Shown here in pieces: positions 58,743-64,000 of a stretch of DNA of 64,000 nucleotides (within the stretch, counting starts at the first letter, position 1; each line of letters begins with the position of its first letter). This stretch comes from an uncultured Alphaproteobacteria bacterium (GTDB lineage Bacteria; Electryoneota; RPQS01): NCBI GenBank assembly GCA_964444755.1, contig CAYUIF010000001.1, positions 238,402 through 302,401 on the forward strand, written 5' to 3'. A model generated the notes under the pieces. It had not been told where the DNA came from. It saw only the letters and a program-made list of their open reading frames with translations, and ran no database searches. Made by a program: the position numbers and the translations under genes.

Positions 58743-60719
58743 ATGTCTCAAACACTCGTTGAAAAAATCGCCCAGCGGTTCGCCGTGGGCTTGGAAGCGG
58801 ATCACGTCGTGCGGTCGGGGGATTATCTTTCGATCCGCCCCGCCCACGTGATGACCCATGACAACACCGGCGCGGTGCTCTCCAAATTCAAGAGTATCGG
58901 CGCGCAGAAGGCTGCTCATCCCCGCCAGCCGGTTTTCACCCTCGATCACAATGTGCAGGATCGCACGCCGGAGAATTTGGCCAAGTATGCCAAGATCGAA
59001 GCCTTCGCCCGCGATCATGGCATTGACTTCTATCCCGCCGGACGCGGTATCGGCCACCAGATCATGATCGAAGAAGGCTACGCGTGGCCGGGCACGATGG
59101 TCGTCGCCTCCGACAGCCAATCCAACATGTACGGCGGGATCGGCTGCCTCGGCACGCCGGTGGTGCGCACCGACGCGGCGGCGATTTGGGCCACGGGCCG
59201 CACATGGTGGCAAGTGCCGCCCATTGCCAAGGTCGAACTGCGCGGCAAACTCCGTCCCGGCGTGTCCGGCAAGGACGTGATCATCACGCTGTGCGGACTG
59301 TTCAACCATGATGAAGTGCTCAACCACGCGGTGGAATTCACCGGCGACGGCGTGGCGGCGCTTTCCATCAGCGAGCGGCTGGCCATCGCCAATATGTCCA
59401 CCGAATGGGGCGCGCTGGCGGGCGTTTTTCCGGTGGACGAAATCACGCGGGCGTGGCTGGCGCTGCGCGCCCAGCAGGTGGCCGCACGCGGACTCGCGGG
59501 CGTGCCTTCCGATGCCGATGCGCAAGACGGAGTGCATCCGCGCATGAACGGTGAGCGCATCCGGCAAACGTGCGAGCATCCCATCGCCGCCGACCGCGAT
59601 GCGCAATATGCCATCGAACTGGAATTGGATTTGAATACGGTGGAGCCGTATGTATCCGGTCCCGATACCGTGAAGAAGATGGAAGCCGTGGCCGCGCTGC
59701 GCGCGAAGCAAGTTCCCGTGCACAAAGCTTATCTGCTCTCATGCGTGAACGGCCGCGTGGAAGACTTGGCCGAAGCGGCAACGATACTCAAATCCAAGAA
59801 GATCGCACCGGGTGTGAAGTTCTATCTGGCGGCGGCATCCAGCGACGTGCAGGCGGAAAGCGAGCGGCGCGGCGATTGGCAAGTGCTGGTGGATGCCGGG
59901 GCGATCGTGCTGCCGCCCGGCTGCGGTGCGTGCATCGGCTTGGGAGAAGGTATTCTCGACGACGGCGAAGTGGGTATCTCAGCCACCAATCGCAATTTCA
60001 AAGGTCGCATGGGTTCACGCAGCGCGCAAGCCTATCTGGCGTCTCCGGCGGTGGTCGCGGCATCGGCCATCGCCGGTTATATTGATCTGCCGGATGCAAA
60101 TCCCGCATCGCAAAACGGTCCGCAGGGGCGAGTGACCAAGCGCGCTAGCGCGGCGGCGGCGACCGGCGAGACCACGATTATTCCCGGTTTCCCGGCGATC
60201 ATCGAAGGCGAACTGATCTTCTGCCATCAGGATAATCTCAACACCGACGGCATCTATCCCGGCAAATATACCTACGTTGACGACATGACTCCCGATCAGC
60301 AGGCGGCGGTGGTGATGGAGAATTACGATCCCGAGTTCCGCACGCTGGCCAAGCCGGGGGATATTCTGGCGGGCGGATTCAATTTCGGAACGGGCAGTAG
60401 CCGCGAGCAAGCCGCCACCGCTCTGAAATACTTCGGCATTCCGTTGGTGTTGGCGGGATCGTTCAGCGAAACCTACAAGCGCAACGCGATCAACAACGGT
60501 TTCATCGTGATCGAAGTGCCCGAACTGTCCCGGAAACTGAAGGAACAATTCGGCAGCGCAAAACCGACCGTGCGGACGGCGATTCATGCGAAGCTGGACT
60601 TCCGCCGTTCCGAGTTGGAAGCGGGCGGCCAGCGCTACGCATTGGCTCCGCTGGGCGTGGCGGCGCAGGAGTTGGTGCTGTCGGGCGGACTGGAAAACTG
60701 GGTGAAAGAGCGGCTGTAA
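58743..60719 (+). CDS. Aconitase-family hydro-lyase, fused large+small subunit (3-isopropylmalate dehydratase / homoaconitase-like)
   Basis: LeuC-like N-terminus (MSQTLVEKIAQRF...VMTHDNTG). Fe-S Cys ligands (SCVNGR; GCGACIG). C-terminal LeuD-like swivel domain. 658 aa. Confidence 0.85.
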   Translation: MSQTLVEKIAQRFAVGLEADHVVRSGDYLSIRPAHVMTHDNTGAVLSKFKSIGAQKAAHPRQPVFTLDHNVQDRTPENLAKYAKIEAFARDHGIDFYPAGRGIGHQIMIEEGYAWPGTMVVASDSQSNMYGGIGCLGTPVVRTDAAAIWATGRTWWQVPPIAKVELRGKLRPGVSGKDVIITLCGLFNHDEVLNHAVEFTGDGVAALSISERLAIANMSTEWGALAGVFPVDEITRAWLALRAQQVAARGLAGVPSDADAQDGVHPRMNGERIRQTCEHPIAADRDAQYAIELELDLNTVEPYVSGPDTVKKMEAVAALRAKQVPVHKAYLLSCVNGRVEDLAEAATILKSKKIAPGVKFYLAAASSDVQAESERRGDWQVLVDAGAIVLPPGCGACIGLGEGILDDGEVGISATNRNFKGRMGSRSAQAYLASPAVVAASAIAGYIDLPDANPASQNGPQGRVTKRASAAAATGETTIIPGFPAIIEGELIFCHQDNLNTDGIYPGKYTYVDDMTPDQQAAVVMENYDPEFRTLAKPGDILAGGFNFGTGSSREQAATALKYFGIPLVLAGSFSETYKRNAINNGFIVIEVPELSRKLKEQFGSAKPTVRTAIHAKLDFRRSELEAGGQRYALAPLGVAAQELVLSGGLENWVKERL

Positions 60720-60741
60720 ATAGTATCGTATTAGTTGCGGG

Positions 60742-60771
60742 AAACGGGCACGGCTTGCGCCGTGCCCGTTT
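60742..60771. terminator. Bidirectional hairpin between convergent genes
   Basis: aaacgggcacggc-ttgc-gccgtgcccgttt (13-bp stem). The stem sequence is also related to the REP family. Confidence 0.5.
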
Positions 60772-60801
60772 GGTGTGGACCATACCATCCCGCCGAACCG
60801 G

Positions 60802-61266
60802 TTATTCGAAGTCGTAGATAAAGGCCGGAGCGATACCCATGAGCCGCAGATAAACCGTCAGTTGACCGCGGTGATGAATAATCTCATCGCCGACAAAACT
60901 GAGGAGCTGCCAGCCGGGGAAATCCATACCCCACGCGTTGATGACGGCGGCGATTTGCGCATCGTTCAGTTTGTGGAACGTGGCGAAGCCGGTTTCGACT
61001 TGCGCATCCATCCACTTCAGCAGTTCGGCCTTGTCGGTGAACTTAGGCTCGACATCCTTGGACGGATCCTGCTTGCCCTCCATGACCATTTGCGGAGCGA
61101 GTACGACATACTGATGCATGTGCACGCACAGTTCGCCGACGGAACGGACTTCGGGAGTGGGGCGGAAATCCAGTTTGTCGGCGGGAATGAGTTCCACTTG
61201 TTTGCGGGCATTCTTGAAAATCATTCGCAGATAGCCCCAATAGGCTTCTAAATCGGCCTTGTTCAT
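60802..61266 (-). CDS. DinB-family (DinB_2) protein
   Basis: 154 aa with the H...H..V........EIIHHRGQL pattern. A Cheo-like box lies about 143 nt upstream. Confidence 0.8.
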   Translation of the reverse strand: MNKADLEAYWGYLRMIFKNARKQVELIPADKLDFRPTPEVRSVGELCVHMHQYVVLAPQMVMEGKQDPSKDVEPKFTDKAELLKWMDAQVETGFATFHKLNDAQIAAVINAWGMDFPGWQLLSFVGDEIIHHRGQLTVYLRLMGIAPAFIYDFE

Positions 61267-61344
61267 GAGCGGATCCTTAAGTTGATGTTGGTATCAGGAA
61301 AGCGGAAATGTTTTTTGACCAAACGAACTGCGGAAGAGTAGGAA

Positions 61345-61445
61345 AATTCTGAAAATCTGAAATAATAAAAGGCTGAAAAAGGCAAGTGCACAAGGACAGA
61401 ACAAGATATGAACATTTGTTCAATTTGTCAAGGGAAATAATCAGG
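61345..61445. promoter_or_regulatory. Second copy of the intergenic module with GAAC-N4-GTTC palindrome, upstream of the DinB-family gene
   Basis: ttctgaaaatctgaaata ... aagatatGAACatttGTTCaatttgtcaaggga; palindrome at 61409-61422. Confidence 0.45.
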
Positions 61446-61499
61446 TTTGAGGAAAGATACTAAAGGCTAATTGCAGGATTATTAAGAGGGGGCACAAGA

Positions 61500-61600
61500 A
61501 TGAGGAGGATTGCAAGGGAAAGACGGGCGGTTCGCGAGCCGCCCATAAAGGAAAGGGCACAGCACGCTGTGCCCCTACGGAAGAAATATTTGATGATTGC
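61500..61600. repeat. REP-like elements
   Basis: gggcggttcgcgagccgccc; gggcacagcacgctgtgcccctacggaag. Confidence 0.55.
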
Positions 61601-61602
61601 GG

Positions 61603-62463
61603 TTAACGTTGTCGCTGCTGATTAATCATCTCAAGAACCTCTTGGCGTTCTCGTTGATAATTTTCCAATTGGAACTGCCGTTCTGTTGGACCCGAATCAT
61701 ATGAGAAAACCGTTATTCGACCATTGGCCTCAAAATCCAAATCCATCAAGTGCAAAGCGTCTTCGTACCGATTAGCACGTTTAGCGGATATGATTGCCCA
61801 GCCAAGACCTTCTGGATTTTGCCACCCTAATGCAACTAAAGAATCAGCTATTTCAACAGCTTTATCATAGTCGCCTTTGAAGTATGCTTCCTTAACAAAT
61901 GAAGCTTGGGTGATTTGTTTTGTTTTCTCGTCGCATGGTGCGATAAATTGCATGGGATAGATGAATATCAATTGTCCCGTTGCCGGGGAATCATAAGTTA
62001 CCCTAAGGGATATTAGCTGACCTGCATACTGTTCAGGAATCGACATAACAAACTTATAACAGACTCCATCAATTCTCTGACGTTCGGATATCTCATTATT
62101 TGCCTGGGCAATGCTGTCCCACTCTTTATCCTTGAATTCGATCATCCGTGATAACTCAAGGAGTTCAAGTAGAACATTATCCGGCACGAATTGCTTATCG
62201 TTAGTGTGCCCGGCTTCAATGGTGATCTCCGGCGGCCATTCTTTGTTTAAAGACGTATAGTATGGTGTTGATAGTCCGAATACGCGGACGCGAATCCCTT
62301 CCCGTCCACCCACTATACAGCCAGGAGGATTGCATTCCCAACCGCTATCATATCCTATTGAGAGCACATCTAATTTGTACGTTGTACTTCCATAAGAAGT
62401 GGTAGCGAGGTATCCTTGAAATATGCACGTGACAACAATCATCACATTAACAAGCCAGCGCAT
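61603..62463 (-). CDS. Hypothetical secreted protein encoded in an AT-rich (~42% GC) island
   Basis: Start MRWLVNVMIVVTCIFQGYLATTSYG (signal-like). No recognisable family. GC content is far below the window average. Flanked on both sides by REP arrays. Confidence 0.55.
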   Translation of the reverse strand: MRWLVNVMIVVTCIFQGYLATTSYGSTTYKLDVLSIGYDSGWECNPPGCIVGGREGIRVRVFGLSTPYYTSLNKEWPPEITIEAGHTNDKQFVPDNVLLELLELSRMIEFKDKEWDSIAQANNEISERQRIDGVCYKFVMSIPEQYAGQLISLRVTYDSPATGQLIFIYPMQFIAPCDEKTKQITQASFVKEAYFKGDYDKAVEIADSLVALGWQNPEGLGWAIISAKRANRYEDALHLMDLDFEANGRITVFSYDSGPTERQFQLENYQRERQEVLEMINQQRQR

Positions 62464-62504
62464 TGGATATCTCCTTAACTCAACGAACTTATGATAGCGA
62501 AAAA

Positions 62505-62750
62505 CGGGCGCACACATGGGTGCACCCCTACAGAACACGGCCATAATGAATTATGGCCCTGCTACTACAGACGGCCTCCGGCCGTCTGATGGATCCAACG
62601 GGCGCGATGAATCGGCCCCTACGGGATGCCGGGCGGGTGGCACACCCGCCACGGCAAAGATTCCGGCGGAGCGGAGACGCTCCGCTCGGCGAATCCCCCC
62701 CTACCCCCCCGCTGAAGCAGGGGGAAAAGATTCCGGGAAAGACAATCGTG
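62505..62750. repeat. REP/BIME-like array
   Basis: cacggccataatgaattatggccctgctac; gggcgggtggcacacccgccacggc; ttccggcggagcggagacgctccgctcggcgaa; ccccccgctgaagcaggggg. Confidence 0.6.
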
Positions 62751-63890
62751 TTACTTCACCAGAACCATTTTCTGAGTGGCGGTAAAACCGGAGGCATTCA
62801 AACGGCAGAGATAAACTCCGCTGGACAGCGACGAACCATCGAAGCGGACGGTATGCAGGCCGGGAGTCAAGCGATTATCGAGCAAGGTGGTCACCAATTG
62901 TCCGGCGATGTTATAGACGTTAACGGTCACATGTTCCGATTGTGGAACATAAAACGAAAGCTGCGTGGTCGGATTGAAGGGATTGGGATAAGCGGGATGA
63001 ATTTCAAATCGTGGCGTTGCGGCGGGATATCCTTGCGGCTCAGTGCTTTCCGGCAACAGCGAGAATATCGTCATGACTCCCAGATGGTCGGACGCACAGT
63101 GTGATCCATCATAAGTACTGTCCATAACCACGCGCGAGCTGTCCGCTTGAAGTCGGCCGAGGCTGCGTCGAAAAATATAGTCAATGCGCGAGGTGGGAGC
63201 CTCTGCCGGGACCGTAAATCCATCTTGCCCCGGATTCACTTCGGCAAAGGTGTCGTAGTAGATGGTATCGGTGGCGGATTCCACCAGCAGCCGAATAGGA
63301 TCCGAGTTGGGCTGTGAATTGAAGTCCCCGCCCAATACTGCTCCAACCGATGGATAAGCCTGTTCGATCTCGTTTATGTACGGCAGGATTTCCTGTACCT
63401 GCTGATAGGCCGCGTCGCCACTGAGATGCGTCGAGAAGGCATTGACGATCCCCAGCGGTGTGTCCACGCGGTTCCATGCGACTTTTCGAGGAAAGTCACC
63501 ACGCGGGAGTGATCGTGCCCCTTCCGCCAGAACCGGATATTTGGTGACGAATCCCACTCCTTCCGCAAATTGCTCCCAGCCGATATGAGTCTGAACAAAG
63601 TAATAGTGGTACTCGATTCCGAAGTGGTCACTCAGCCCCTCCGCCAGCGTGCGGGCCATATTATCTTCGCCGCCCCCGTTCAATGTCTGATTGATCTCCT
63701 GCAGGCAAATGATGTCCGGATCCAGCAGCTCAAAGAATTGAATCATGAAAAACAGCCGTACGGACCAGTTGCTATTCGGCCGCATCCCTTGCATGTTGTA
63801 CGTAATGACCTTCAGGGATTCTTGTGCAAAACCCGCCGGGCAGCACAAACTAAATAACGAAACGTAAAGAAATGCACAGTACCATTTCAT
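62751..63890 (-). CDS. Endonuclease/exonuclease/phosphatase (EEP) family protein with T9SS C-terminal sorting domain
   Basis: Signal MKWYCAFLYVSLFSLCCPAGFAQ. EEP motifs (VITYNMQG, ICLQEIN, GGDFN, SDHLGV). C-terminal YPNPFNPTTQLSFYVPQSEHVTVNVYNIAGQLV...LVK. Confidence 0.85.
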   Translation of the reverse strand: MKWYCAFLYVSLFSLCCPAGFAQESLKVITYNMQGMRPNSNWSVRLFFMIQFFELLDPDIICLQEINQTLNGGGEDNMARTLAEGLSDHFGIEYHYYFVQTHIGWEQFAEGVGFVTKYPVLAEGARSLPRGDFPRKVAWNRVDTPLGIVNAFSTHLSGDAAYQQVQEILPYINEIEQAYPSVGAVLGGDFNSQPNSDPIRLLVESATDTIYYDTFAEVNPGQDGFTVPAEAPTSRIDYIFRRSLGRLQADSSRVVMDSTYDGSHCASDHLGVMTIFSLLPESTEPQGYPAATPRFEIHPAYPNPFNPTTQLSFYVPQSEHVTVNVYNIAGQLVTTLLDNRLTPGLHTVRFDGSSLSSGVYLCRLNASGFTATQKMVLVK

Positions 63891-63935
63891 CGCAGATCCT
63901 GATCGATACATCATAAGACCTCCCGGATCCACCAT

Positions 63936-64000
63936 TATTCTTTAACGATACCTGCTTCCTGCAGCGCGTCGAAGACATCCCTTTTCAGAAACAATTGCGG
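63936..64000 (-). CDS. 3' end of an unidentified gene running off the right edge
   Basis: Reverse-strand reading ...PQLFLKRDVFDALQEAGIVKE, then a stop at 63936-63938. Confidence 0.3.

Noticed and set aside
58590-59725. 377- and 215-aa minus-strand ORFs inside the aconitase-family gene
   Set aside because: Antisense to a strongly supported plus-strand CDS.

Overview
This is a high-GC (about 60%) bacterial chromosomal window containing roughly 55 protein-coding genes on both strands. I found no rRNA, tRNA or CRISPR array. Several secreted proteins end in T9SS (Por) type-A C-terminal sorting domains. On that basis alone I place the organism in the Bacteroidota/FCB superphylum; I cannot place it more precisely from the sequence.

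Recognisable content:
- a VapBC-like PIN toxin/antitoxin pair at the left edge;
- several TPR proteins, two DinB-family proteins and a PEBP lipoprotein;
- an aldehyde dehydrogenase (P5C-dehydrogenase-like) divergent from a glutamate dehydrogenase;
- two RRM-type RNA-binding protein paralogs;
- an AhpD/CMD-like protein and a TRZ/ATZ-type amidohydrolase;
- a PAS sigma-54 activator;
- a nucleoside-salvage cluster (cdd, udk, tdk, nupC, purine nucleoside phosphorylase) interrupted by a HepT/MntA toxin-antitoxin module;
- an mcsA-mcsB-clpC operon;
- LemA, HtpX, a nucleoside deaminase and an NTase;
- a fused LeuC/LeuD-type aconitase-family dehydratase;
- a tandem array of four T9SS cargo paralogs with cassette-like conserved 5' and 3' ends;
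- a catalytically degenerate S8 peptidase homolog.

The most unusual feature is a giant (about 1450 aa) signal-peptide-bearing protein built from six tandem copies of a roughly 225-aa cysteine-rich module. Each copy carries a CX3CH motif. It lies next to a double-rhodanese lipoprotein and a roughly 10-heme c-type cytochrome. That cytochrome's own signal peptide and first heme site are separated from the body by a single in-frame TGA.

A second in-frame stop (TAG) detaches a T9SS C-terminal domain from an FG-GAP protein.

Intergenic regions are filled with a family of REP/BIME-like palindromic elements (GTAGGGGCAC...GTGCCC; TTCGCCGAG-hairpin-CCGGAATC). There is also an 80-bp MITE-like element with terminal inverted repeats, and a duplicated intergenic module containing a GAAC-N4-GTTC (Cheo/LexA-type) palindrome.
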